64,000 nucleotides of DNA from an uncultured Chloroflexia bacterium. Lineage in GTDB: Bacteria > Chloroflexota > Limnocylindria > Limnocylindrales > CSP1-4. Below the pieces are notes generated by a model. The model saw only the letters and a list, made by a program, of their open reading frames with translations. It did not search any database and was not told the origin of the DNA. The position numbers were made by a program, and so were the translations under genes. Each line of letters starts with the position of its first letter. The stretch's first letter is position 1. Of this stretch, positions 50,167-59,432 are shown piece after piece. The stretch is from contig CAWAMB010000004.1 of NCBI GenBank assembly GCA_963783055.1, positions 803,368 through 867,367 of the forward strand, given 5' to 3'.

Positions 50167-51150
50167 ATGAACCGCCACCGCCCCATCACCGCCATCGCCG
50201 TCCTGCTGGCCACCGCCGCGCTGGTCGGCGCCTGCGGGAGCAGCACCGGCCTGCTCGGCAGCGTGCCGCCGGCGTCCTCGGCCCCGGAGCCGTCCGTCGC
50301 CCAGGGCAGCCCCGACGTGACGCCGTCGGACGAGCCGACGACCGAACCGTCGACGGCGCCGACCGGCTCGATCCCGCCCGACTCCACCGCGGCTCCGACG
50401 CCGGTCCCGTCCGGCACCACCATCGTCCGGGCCTACTTCTGGCTCGGCGGCCCCGAGGGCAGCGCCGGACTCGTCGCGACGCTCCGCGAGGTCTCCGGCA
50501 CCAAGGCCGTCGCCACCGCCGCCGTCAACGCCCTCCTCGCCGGTCCGTCCGCCAGCGAAGGCAGCCGCTCGATCACGAGCGCGATCCCCGACGGATCGCA
50601 GCTCCTCGGGATCACGATCGCCGACAGCGTCGCGACCGTGAACCTGTCCAAGGAGTTCGAGTCAGGTGGCGGCAGCGCCTCGGTCACGACCGGCTCGGCC
50701 AGTTGGTCTACACGGTCACCCAGTTCCCGAAGGTCACGTCGGTCGTCATCCAGATCGAGGGCGAGACCCGGACCGTGTTCAGCAGCGAGGGCGTGGTCCT
50801 CGACAAGCCCGTCGACCCGGGCCGACTACGTCAACCTCCTGCCCGACATCTGGGTCGACCGGCCGGCCTTCAACGCGGCGATCGGCAACCCGGCCAAGGT
50901 GACCGGCAACGCCAACGTCTTCGAGGCCGCCTTCCGGATCGCGATCCTCGACGCGAGCGGCAAGACGATCGCCGACCAGCAGGTCATGGCCACCTGCGGG
51001 ACGGGCTGCCGCGGGACGTTCGACGTGACGATCCCGTACACGGTCAGCAAGGGCCAGTACGGCATCCTGCGGGCCTACAACCTGTCGGCCATGGACGGAT
51101 CGCCCGAGTCGATCCGCGACTACCGGGTCTGGCTCACGCCGAAGGGCTGA
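50167..51150 (+). pseudogene. Lipoprotein with GerMN and Gmad2 (Ig-like) domains in the LpqB position; two compensating frame shifts (about 50688 and 50817)
   Basis: Lipobox LATAALVGAC. The GerMN-like region VRAYFWLGGPEG...TAAVNALLAGPS...ATVNLSKEFESGGGSASVT continues as (D)RLGQLVYTVTQFPKVTSVVIQIEGETRTVFSSEGVVLDKPVD in another frame (ORF 50703...). It then returns to the original frame for RADYVNLLPDIWVDRPAFNAAIGNPAKVTGNANVFEAAFRIAILDASGK... (Gmad2-like). Confidence 0.7.
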
Positions 51151-51206
51151 CCTTCGCGGGCCGGCCGGCCGGCCACCCGCCCGGCCCTCCTCACTCCTCC
51201 ACCTGG

Positions 51207-51230
51207 GCGCCCCGGCAATCGCCGGGGCGT
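51207..51230 (+). terminator. GC-rich stem-loop after the lipoprotein gene
   Basis: gcgccccggc-aatc-gccggggcgt (a 10-bp stem including one G-U pair) lies 57 nt after the stop at 51150. Confidence 0.45.
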
Positions 51231-51393
51231 TCGGCGTCCGAGCGGTCCGTTCCCCACGCATCCAGCGGAGCCCGTTCGCCGAATCACCAGCAGGCGGGCC
51301 GCGACCGGTCACGTGGTCGCGGCTCCTCGGTTGACCATCGCGGGTCCACGTGCCACGCTATCGCAACACGATGCAGTAACGGGAGGTCCGGAC

Positions 51394-52351
51394 ATGGCGG
51401 CCGACGCCGCGCTCGCCGGAGCCGGTCTCGGTGTCCTCGTGACGGGCCTCTTGCTGGGGATCCGGCACGGGTTCGACTGGGACCACATCGCGGCCATCAC
51501 CGACATCACCTCGACGACCGCGACCACGGAGGTCGGTGTTCGTGAGCACGTCGCGACGCATGAGGTCGACCCGCACGTCCACGCCCATGGCGGAGCCTCC
51601 GAGACGTCGGCGCACGCGCACGCCGACACCTCGAGGTACGGTGGCTGCGCCGGCCGGAGTCGGCATGACGAGGGCGTTCGCCCTTGCCGAACAGCGCCAA
51701 GCCATCCTGCTCGGAACCCTGTACGCGCTCGGTCACGCGACCGTCGTCGCCATTCTCGGCCTCGCGGCCCTCGCCTTCGGCGCCCTGCTGCCCGACTGGG
51801 TGGACCCGATCATGGGGCGCGTCGTCGGGCTGACGCTGCTTCTCCTGGGCGTGTGGGTCTTCGTCTCGCTGTACCAGTACGCCCGGCACGGCACCGCGTT
51901 CCGGCTGCGCAGTCGCTGGATGCTCGTCTTCGACGGCGGTCGCTATGCGTGGCGACGCTTCGCTGCCCGCCTCCACGGCCACGAGCACGCGGAACCGATC
52001 GAGATGAGCGCGTACGGCCCGAAGACCGCCTTCGGGGTCGGCATGATCCACGGCATCGGCGCCGAGACCGGGACGCAGGTCCTGATCATCGCCGCCGTCG
52101 GTGGGGCCGCCGGACAGGGACTGGGTGTCCCGATGATGTTCGCGTTCATCGTCGGACTGCTCATCTCGAACACGGTGATCGTCGTGATCAGCGCGACCGG
52201 CTTCGTCGCGAGTCAGGTCCGCGAGCGCCTCTACCTCGTGATCGGGGTCGCGGCCGGCGTCTTCAGCATCGTGGTCGGCGCCCTGTTCCTCCTCGGGGCG
52301 GAGGGCGCGTTGCCCGATCTCGAGCGCGTGTTCGGGTTCATCGGCAGCTGA
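51394..52351 (+). pseudogene. Nickel/cobalt transporter of the NiCoT/NicO superfamily with His-rich loop; frame shift about 51630-51650
   Basis: gggagg RBS, then MAADAALAGAGLGVLVTGLLLGIRHGFDWDHIAAITDI (RHxxDxDHIAAI signature) and the His-rich loop HVATHEVDPHVHAHGGASETSAHAHAD. The TM-rich remainder AFALAEQRQAILLGTLYALGHATVV...GMIHGIGAETGTQ... is in the +1 frame (ORF 51536..52351). Confidence 0.7.
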
Positions 52352-52870
52352 TGCCGGGCACACGGCGCAACCGTGGCGCGAGCTCGATGGAGGGGCCGGC
52401 TCTCGGCGCGGTGCAGCCCTGGCAGGAGGTCCGCGACGAAGTTCGCGCCCGGGGCATGCGCTGGACGCCGCAGCGGCGGCTGGTCCTCGACGTGCTCGCG
52501 ACCACGAGCGGACACGTCACCGGAAGCGATCTGGTGGAACGCTGCCGCGCCCGCGATCCGGAGACCACACCGTCCACGGTCTATCGAACGCTCGACGTGC
52601 TCGAGGAGCTGGGCTACCTCCACCACAGCCACTCGGCGACCGGCCGCGAAGAGTTCCACGTCATGCCGGATGCGGAGCACGCCCACCTGCAGTGCCGGGG
52701 CTGCGACGGCACGTGGGAGATCGAGGCGCCGGACGCAGTGCGTCTCCTGGCCCCGCTACGAAGCGGTTCGGGTTCGTCGGCGACGTCGAGCACCTGACGA
52801 TCGTCGGGCTGTGCGCTCGATGCTCGCCTGTGACGGACGACACGAGCCGCGGCGCCGAAGCGTTGGGCTG
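52351..52870 (+). pseudogene. Fur family transcriptional regulator (Nur/Zur-like); 1-nt deletion in C4 run about 52751-52754
   Basis: RWTPQRRLVLDVLATTSGHVTGSDLVERC...STVYRTLDVLEELGYLHHSH...HAHLQCRGCDGTWEI.... The expected C-terminus ATKRFGFVGDVEHLTIVGLCARC is in another frame and ends at TGA 52868-52870. ATG 52351 overlaps the transporter stop (cTGATG); ATG 52387 is an alternative. Confidence 0.75.
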
Positions 52871-53104
52871 AGCGGCGCCTGCCGGCCGCGAAGTCCGGCC
52901 CGTCAGTGAGCTCCAGGCGCTCGTTGTGACGGCTGGCAGACGGCCCGGGCGTCGATCTGTGCGCCTTGAGCTCCAAGCAGCGAACGAACGCGCGTTTCGA
53001 GCCCACCCGGCGCGATCCGCCGGGTCTCGTTCGCCGTTGCGAGCGCTGCGTGCGCAGCCGAACCGTCGTGGAGTCGCCGGTGGGCGAGGACCTCGACGAC
53101 CCGA

Positions 53105-53722
53105 TCAGGCGTGCTTGATCGTGATCCGCTCGATGATGTTCGCGACGTCCTCGGCCTTGTCGATCGTCGCCTCGAGGAGACCGTAGATCTCCTTCCACTT
53201 CACGAGGTTGATCGGGTCCTTCTCGTCGATGAACAGCCCGGCAATGGCCGCCCGGACGATCCGGTCGCCCTCGTTCTCGAGGCGGTGGACCTCGATCCAG
53301 TAGCGGTCGAGGCCCTTGAAGCCCTGGAGGTGGGCGAGCGCCTCATGGAGCAGCTCGACCTGCTTGACGATGATCGAGGCCTGCTCGACGGCGGTCGCCG
53401 TCGGCGCCTCGACCCGGTACAGGACGAACGTGTCGGCTGCCTCCTCGATGAAGTCGAGGACGTCGTCGAGGGCGCTGATCAGGGCGTAGATGTCCTCGCG
53501 GTCGAACGGCGTGACGAACGTCGCCTCGAGGCGATGGCCGATGTCGTGGCTGATCTCGTCGCCGCGATGCTCGGTCGCGCGGATCTCCGCGGCGCGGGCC
53601 TCCGGCTGGTCGTAGGTCCGGAGCATGGCTTCGAGGAGGCGGGCCCCGCCGAGGACGTTCGCGGCGTCCTCCACGAACAGGTCGAAGAACCGCTCGTCGC
53701 GCGGGATCAGGCGAAGACGCAC
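53105..53722 (-). CDS. DUF47 family protein (PhoU-like phosphate transport regulator, YkaA-type)
   Basis: ERFFDLFVEDAANVL...IRATEHRGDEISHDI...FVTPFDREDIYALISALDDVLDFIEEAAD...LENEGDRI. This gene family is normally the partner of a PiT transporter gene. Confidence 0.85.
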   Translation of the reverse strand: MRLRLIPRDERFFDLFVEDAANVLGGARLLEAMLRTYDQPEARAAEIRATEHRGDEISHDIGHRLEATFVTPFDREDIYALISALDDVLDFIEEAADTFVLYRVEAPTATAVEQASIIVKQVELLHEALAHLQGFKGLDRYWIEVHRLENEGDRIVRAAIAGLFIDEKDPINLVKWKEIYGLLEATIDKAEDVANIIERITIKHA

Positions 53723-53876
53723 GAGGGTCCTCCGAGGGTGTTCCGACGCCTTCGACGGCGATGCGACCGCGGGGCGACGATGGGCTGGACCAGGTCAGGG
53801 CGGCGCTGGGGTTGGCCGGTCGGGTGAGCCGCCCGTGCCACGGTCAGGGTACCCCCGGCCGGTCTGCGCCTGTGCG

Positions 53877-55268
53877 ATGCTCGACCCGATGGACTGGATC
53901 TTCGTCGGCTTCGTCGGGCTGCTGGCGGTCGCCCTGGCGGTCGCGATCGGGATCGCGCTCGATCGCGACCGGCAGCTGGAGGGAGCGCGTGCCGCGGTCG
54001 CCCGAGCCGGCCTGGGGCTGGGTCTTGGGGCGCCTGGCGACGAGGGTTCTGGCCTCGCTGCCGAACCCGATCCATCGACCGAAGTGGCCACCCTGATCCG
54101 GCGTCTCCGCGACCGCCTCGACGCGTCCGAGTTCGAGCTCGACCAGCAGGTCCGGAACGCGTCCTACCTGGCCGACCTGATGGGCGTCGGCATCGTCCGC
54201 CTCGATGAGCCGGGAACGGTCGAGCTGGCCAACGCCGCGGCCCACATCCTGCTCCGTCGGCCGCCCGGGTCGCTCCGCGGCCGGACCGCGATCGAGACGT
54301 TCCTGGACGGCCGGGTCGAGGAGCTGATCGCGTCGGCGCGGGCGAGCGGCGCCGCGTCGGGCGAGTTCCGGCTCAGCGGGCCGGAAGGTCCGATCCTCGT
54401 CGTGCGGGCCCGTCGGTCGCCGATCAGCGGCGTATGGGTCGTGCTCGAGGACGTGTCGGAGCTGCGCCGGCTCCAGCAGATCCGGACCGAGTTCGTCGAC
54501 AACCTGTCGCACGAGCTGCGGACGCCGCTGTCGACGGTCAGCCTCCTGGCCGAGACGCTGGCTCGCGACGCCGAGGCGGCCGGCGACGGTGTGCCGCCCC
54601 GGATGCGCGATCGGATCGACAAGATCGAGGTCGAGACCGGCCACCTGGTCCAGATGGTCAACGAGCTGCTCGACCTCGCCCGGATCGAGGGCGGCGGGCC
54701 GCTCGTGCTGCTCGACGACGTGGACCTCGGGCGCGTGGCGACCGATGCCGCCGAGCGCCTGCGGCTGTTCGCGGAACGGCAGGGGCTGCGGCTGGTCGTC
54801 GACGTCGCGGACCGACTGCCGCCGATCCGGGGCGACGAGTCGCGGCTCGGCCAGGTCGTCGTGAACCTCGTCCACAACGCCGTCAAGTTCGGGCGCGCGG
54901 AGGATCGCGACGACGTTGCCGGGCCGGAGCGGTCGGCGGAGCGTGGCGGCGAGGCGGAGCGTGGCGCCGAGCCGGATCCGGCGGAGGTCCGGGTCTCGGT
55001 CCGTGCGTCCGACGGCGAGGTCCACCTGTCGGTCGAGGACCACGGCGTCGGCATCCCGGCCGCCGACCAGGCGCGGATCTTCGAGCGGTTCTACAAGGTC
55101 GACCGGGTCCGCGTCCGCGGCGGCGGGACCGGCCTCGGGCTGGCGATCGCGCGCCACGTCATCGAGCAGCACGGCGGGCGGATCCGGGTCGAATCGGAGG
55201 AGGGCCGCGGATCGACGTTCACCGTCAGCCTCCCGGCTGCGCCGTCGACGGTCGGACGCCTCGGCTGA
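53877..55268 (+). CDS. Sensor histidine kinase, PhoR/SenX3-like (TM, PAS-like, HisKA, HATPase_c)
   Basis: MLDPMDWIFVGFVGLLAVALAVAIGIAL (TM), a PAS-like segment, the H-box FVDNLSHELRTPLS, NLVHNAVKF, EDHGVGIP and GTGLGLAIA. ATG at 53877; the upstream part of ORF 53625... overlaps DUF47 antisense. Confidence 0.85.
   Translation: MLDPMDWIFVGFVGLLAVALAVAIGIALDRDRQLEGARAAVARAGLGLGLGAPGDEGSGLAAEPDPSTEVATLIRRLRDRLDASEFELDQQVRNASYLADLMGVGIVRLDEPGTVELANAAAHILLRRPPGSLRGRTAIETFLDGRVEELIASARASGAASGEFRLSGPEGPILVVRARRSPISGVWVVLEDVSELRRLQQIRTEFVDNLSHELRTPLSTVSLLAETLARDAEAAGDGVPPRMRDRIDKIEVETGHLVQMVNELLDLARIEGGGPLVLLDDVDLGRVATDAAERLRLFAERQGLRLVVDVADRLPPIRGDESRLGQVVVNLVHNAVKFGRAEDRDDVAGPERSAERGGEAERGAEPDPAEVRVSVRASDGEVHLSVEDHGVGIPAADQARIFERFYKVDRVRVRGGGTGLGLAIARHVIEQHGGRIRVESEEGRGSTFTVSLPAAPSTVGRLG
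54936..54971 (+). repeat. Two tandem copies of an 18-nt unit (gcggagcgtggcgNcgag) inside the kinase ATP-binding domain
   Basis: 54936-54953 and 54954-54971 differ at one position and encode AERGGE-AERGAE. They lie within a ~30-aa acidic/Arg insertion between the N-box and the G1 region. Confidence 0.7.
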
Positions 55269-55315
55269 CGCGGACGACACCTCGCAAGGAGCGCGCAGTC
55301 GTCACACTGGACGCC

Positions 55316-56063
55316 ATGGATCGCCTCCACGTCGCCACGCTCAACATCCTCAACCTGGCCGACCGCTGGGATGAGCGCCTGCCGCTGATCCTCGCCGACA
55401 TGGCCGGCGCTCCAGCCGGATGTCCTCGGGCTCCAGGAGGCGGTCTACGTCCTCCAGCAGGACCGCCTCATCGGTGCCGCCGGCGTCGGTCGCTACGAGT
55501 CGACGCGCGGCTGGGCCGGCCGGCCGGAGTACGGCAACGCCATGCTCGTCAAGGAGCCGTTGGTCGCGGTCGACGCGGAGCGGCTGGATCTCGGTCTGGG
55601 CCGGTCCGCGGTGCGGGCGCGCATTGACCTTGCGGGCGGCGCGAGCGTGACGGTAGCCGTGACGCACCTCCACCACCTCACCCCGCACGAGGCGGAGCGC
55701 GACGAGCAGGCGCGCCTGCTCATCGACTGGCTGGATGGGGCGCCGCCGGCCGACGCGGTGATCGTGGTCGGCGACTTCAACGCCGAGCCCGACGAGGCGA
55801 CCTACACCCGGATGCGGTCTGCCGGCTTTCGCTCCGCCTACTCGGAAGCGAACGGCACCGAGCCCGCCGTCACCTGGCCAAGCGGGCTCACGGGGCCGGC
55901 CATCGACACCGACGGGCCACCGGGCTGCCTCGACTACATCTGGGTCCGCGGGACGGCGACCGTGGACGACTGCCGGCTCGTCTTCGACCGGCCGGCGGTG
56001 GTCGACCCCGGCCTCTATCCGTCCGATCACCTCGGCCTCGCGGCACATCTGAGCGTTGGTTGA
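55316..56063 (+). pseudogene. Endonuclease/exonuclease/phosphatase (EEP) family protein; extra base about 55406
   Basis: MDRLHVATLNILNLADRWDERLPLILADMA, then in the next frame ALQPDVLGLQEAVYVLQQD...NAMLVKEPL...VTHLHH...VVGDFNAEPDE...LDYIWVRG...YPSDHLGL. All EEP motifs are present. Confidence 0.75.
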
Positions 56064-56772
56064 CGGTCGCTTGAGCGGTTCCGTCGACACCGCGCCGACC
56101 CCTCGCCCGACCCATCGCGCGTTGCGGCTGGCTCATCGTGGCGACTGGCGGAGAGCGCCCGAGAACACGCTGCCGGCGTTTCTCGCCGCGCTGGCCGTGC
56201 CCGGTTGCGACGGGCTGGAGCTCGACGTCCGGGCCGCCCGTGATGGCGTGGCGGTGTGCTACCACGATGACACGCTGAAGCGGCTCCACGGCGTGGACCG
56301 GCGGGTCGACCAGCTGACGGCCGACGAGCTGGAGGTCCACGGGATCCCGACGCTCGAGACCGTCCTGACCACGCTGCCGCGCCGCGCGTTCCTGGACGTG
56401 GAGCTCAAGGGGGATCCCGGGCGCGGCGCATTCGAGGCGCTCGTCGCCGGACGGGGCCCCGGTCTGGAGCGGGCCGTCGTGTCGTCGTTCGCGCCCGCGG
56501 CGCTCGCCCGGATCGGCGGCCTCGCCCCGCTCTGGCCGCGCTGGCTCAACACGACGGATGCGTCGACCGCGACGATCGCGACCGCGGTCGACCTCGGCTG
56601 TCGCGGGATCGCCGTGGAGTGGCACGCCTTGGATCGAATCGCGGTCGAGCGGGCACAGGCCGCGGACCTCACCGTGGTCGCGTGGACCGTGCGCCGCCGG
56701 CCGACGTTCGCCCGCCTCGAACGTTTGGGCGTCAGCGCGATCTGCGTCGAGGCGGCCGCCCTCGACGGCTGA
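56056..56772 (+). CDS. Glycerophosphodiester phosphodiesterase family protein
   Basis: LAHRGDWRRAPENTLPAFLAAL...DGLELDVRAARDGVAVCYHDDTL...LDVELK...AWTV. The start is uncertain (TTG 56056 overlaps the EEP stop). Confidence 0.8.
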   Translation: MVDGRLSGSVDTAPTPRPTHRALRLAHRGDWRRAPENTLPAFLAALAVPGCDGLELDVRAARDGVAVCYHDDTLKRLHGVDRRVDQLTADELEVHGIPTLETVLTTLPRRAFLDVELKGDPGRGAFEALVAGRGPGLERAVVSSFAPAALARIGGLAPLWPRWLNTTDASTATIATAVDLGCRGIAVEWHALDRIAVERAQAADLTVVAWTVRRRPTFARLERLGVSAICVEAAALDG

Positions 56773-56846
56773 TCGGCGCGTCCCCCGGGCTCGCGCGGCG
56801 CGACGTCGCTCCCGGCCACCCGGCCTGGCCGACCTATCCTCCGGTC

Positions 56847-58111
56847 ATGGCGAAGGTCGAGCATGCGGATCTGGTCGTCGTCGGCGCCGGCACGGTCGGT
56901 GGCTGGGCCAGCTGGTTCGCGAAGACCGCCGGCGCCGGCCGGGTCGTCGTGCTCGAGCGGGGACTGGTCGGGCAGGGCGCCAGCAGCCGCGCCGCCGGCA
57001 TCGTACGGGCTCAGGGCGGGACGCCGACGACGGTGGCGCTCGGGCGCTGGTCGATCGACTTCTACCGCCGTCAGGCCGCCGAGATCGGGACCGACAGCGG
57101 CTTCCGCGAGCTCGGCTACCTGATCCTCGCCGTCACGGAGGACGACGAGCTCGCGGCGCGCGAGCGGATCGTGATGCAGCAGGCCCAGGGGCTACCCGTT
57201 CGCTGGCTGACGGCGAGCGAGGCGGCCGCCGAGATCCCGAGCCTCTCCCCGGTCGGACATCGAGGCGGCACGCTACCTGGAGACCGACGGCCACATCGAC
57301 CCGCCGCGCAACGTTCGTGCCTACTCGCTCGCGATGCAGCAGGCCGGCGTCGAGCTCCGCGAGCGGACGGCTTTCACCGGTCTCCGGCTCGAGCCGCTGG
57401 CGGGCGGTGGCCGACGCGTCGTCGGCGTCGAAACGAGCGCAGGAACCATCGCCACCGAGCGCGTGATCCTGACCGGCGGCCCGGGTTTGCGCGAGGTCGG
57501 TGCCATGGCCGGCATGCGGATCCCGGCCGGCGCCGTCCGTCACACCGTCGCGGTGCTCGAGCCGCACGCGACGTTCGAAACGGAGCGCCAGTCGATGGTC
57601 TTCGACATCGGCGCGGGTCTGTACTGGCGGCTCGAGGAGGGCGGCCTGCTCTTCGGCTGGAGCGATCCGAACGATCGGCCGGGCGAGGCGCGCTCGATCG
57701 ACTGGACGATGTACGACGCGATGCGCGAACGGCTGGCGGAGTTCGTTCCGGCGACAGCGGGCCTCGGGCTGCGCAAGATCTGGGCCGCCACGATCGACTT
57801 CACGCCCGACCACCTGCCGATCCTCGGGCCAGGGCTGACCGCTGACGGGGGAGCGGATCGACGGCGTGACGGTCGCGTCGGCCGGTGGCCACGGGATGAT
57901 GTGGGGGCCCGGGGTCGCGCGGGTCGCGGCCGACCTCGCGGTCCATGGCCGGACCGACCTCATCGACGTGACCGATCTCGGCCTCGACCGGTTCGATGCC
58001 GATGGCCGAAGCCGCCTGGCGACCGACCCGATCGCCCTCCCGTTTCCGATCGGACCGGACGAAGCGCCGCGGGATCCGCCGCTCCAGGACACGGCGATCG
58101 CCGGTCGCTGA
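56847..58111 (+). pseudogene. FAD-dependent oxidoreductase (DAO family; sarcosine/glycine oxidase beta-like); two frame shifts (about 57255 and the G5 run 57847-57851)
   Basis: The gene is split over three frames. Segment 1 is ADLVVVGAGTVGGWASWFA...GQGASSRAAGIVR...LSPV. Segment 2 is DIEAARYLETDGHIDPPRNVRAYSLAMQQAGVEL...TIDFTPDHLPILGPGLTADG. Segment 3 is ERIDGVTVASAGGHGMMWGPGVARVAADL.... Confidence 0.75.
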
Positions 58112-58186
58112 GCGACCGGCGAACGGGAGCGGCGAAGAAACCCGCCGGGCGGCGCCCGGAGTCGGCGCGCGATCGCGCCGGGAACG

Positions 58187-58357
58187 TCAGACGGGCTGCG
58201 TCGTGGCCGGGCGGCCGAGGTTCACGAGGGTCTCGAGGGCGGCGACGAGGCGGGCGGCGCGCGATTGCTTCGGCGCAGGCGTGGCGTACTTCGGCGTTCG
58301 CTTCTCGTTCTCGAGATCGGACACGACCATCACGTAGTAGGCGGCGATCGGGCTCAT
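58187..58357 (-). CDS. Small hypothetical protein (56 aa)
   Basis: MSPIAAYYVMVVSDLENEKRTPKYATPAPKQSRAARLVAALETLVNLGRPATTQPV, with a gaggaa-like RBS about 10 nt upstream of ATG 58357. No family recognised, so the call is weak. Confidence 0.3.
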   Translation of the reverse strand: MSPIAAYYVMVVSDLENEKRTPKYATPAPKQSRAARLVAALETLVNLGRPATTQPV

Positions 58358-58492
58358 GGTGGGTAGGTTCCTCGTTGGCGGTGGCGGGTTCATCACCACC
58401 GTACGGACGGGCCGCGCGCACCGACATCGACGCCGGTCGACTGCGGCATGGACATCTGTCCACACCTCACGAGTCGCCGGAGGGTGGCGGGC

Positions 58493-59407
58493 TCAGCCGG
58501 CCGCGATGGGGACCGGCCGCGCGGCCCGGAGCGTGGTCTCGCGCAGGATCCCGACGACCGCGAGCGTGACGACCAGGACGCCGACCCACTGGCCCGGCTC
58601 GAGCCGCTCGCCCAGGACGAGGTAGCTCGCCGCGAGCCCGACGACGGGCACGAGGTAGAACGATGCCGACGCGAGCGACGCCGGGACGTCGCGCAGGGCC
58701 GACAGGTAGAACCAGTACGCCACGGCGTAGTACAGGACGCCGGACCCGATCGCGCTCGCCCAGCCGGGGCCGCTCACGGAGGCCGGGACCACGGACCCGC
58801 CGGCGAACCACAGGGCCCCGACGACGACCAGCGCGACCGCGAGGGCATGGGCCTGTTGCGAGAGGACGACGGGCGCCGTCCCGTCCGACGTCCCGATCCA
58901 GCGTCGCGTCACGACGGTGTAGACGGCGCAGCACACGACGCCCGCGACGGTGAGCGCGACACCGAGCGTGCTGCCGCCGGCTCCGGCCTGGCCGGCGATG
59001 AGGAGCATGCCCGCCACCGCCACGGCCGACAGCAACGGCACGACGACGCGCACGCGCTCGCCCAGGACCAGCGCGGCGAGCAGCAGGATCAGGATCGGTT
59101 CCAGCGCCCAGAGCAGCACCGACAGGCTGGCCGTGATCTGGGTCAGGCCGACCAGGCTGAGGGCGTATGCCAGCCCCGGGTTCAGCACCCCGAAGCGGCC
59201 GAGCAGGGGCGATGCGCTCGGGTCGACGAGGCCGATCCCGCGCCAGCGCATCAGGCCGGCCAGCACGACGAGTGACGCCGCCAGCTGGATCGGGAGCAGC
59301 GTCAGCGGCGGGATCTCCGCGACCGCGTGCTTGGAGACGACCGTTCCCACGCCCCACGCCGCCGCGGCGAGGATCAGGCCGAGGCGGGCGCGGGCCGGGG
59401 ACGACAT
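58493..59407 (-). CDS. DMT superfamily (EamA-like) transporter
   Basis: Ten hydrophobic segments with the two-EamA-repeat architecture (…[12 protein letters not shown]…, …[23 protein letters not shown]). Confidence 0.85.
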   Translation of the reverse strand: MSSPARARLGLILAAAAWGVGTVVSKHAVAEIPPLTLLPIQLAASLVVLAGLMRWRGIGLVDPSASPLLGRFGVLNPGLAYALSLVGLTQITASLSVLLWALEPILILLLAALVLGERVRVVVPLLSAVAVAGMLLIAGQAGAGGSTLGVALTVAGVVCCAVYTVVTRRWIGTSDGTAPVVLSQQAHALAVALVVVGALWFAGGSVVPASVSGPGWASAIGSGVLYYAVAYWFYLSALRDVPASLASASFYLVPVVGLAASYLVLGERLEPGQWVGVLVVTLAVVGILRETTLRAARPVPIAAG

Positions 59408-59432
59408 CGCGAGCCCCACGTCGCGGGCCGCG

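Noticed and set aside
52871-53104. Start-less ~65-codon open frame on the minus strand downstream of DUF47 (…RVVEVLAHRRLHDGSAAHAALATANETRRIAPGG…), considered as a PiT remnant.
   Set aside because: It shows no similarity to PiT N-termini (no NGFHD motif) and has no start codon. The short length makes chance openness likely in GC-rich DNA.
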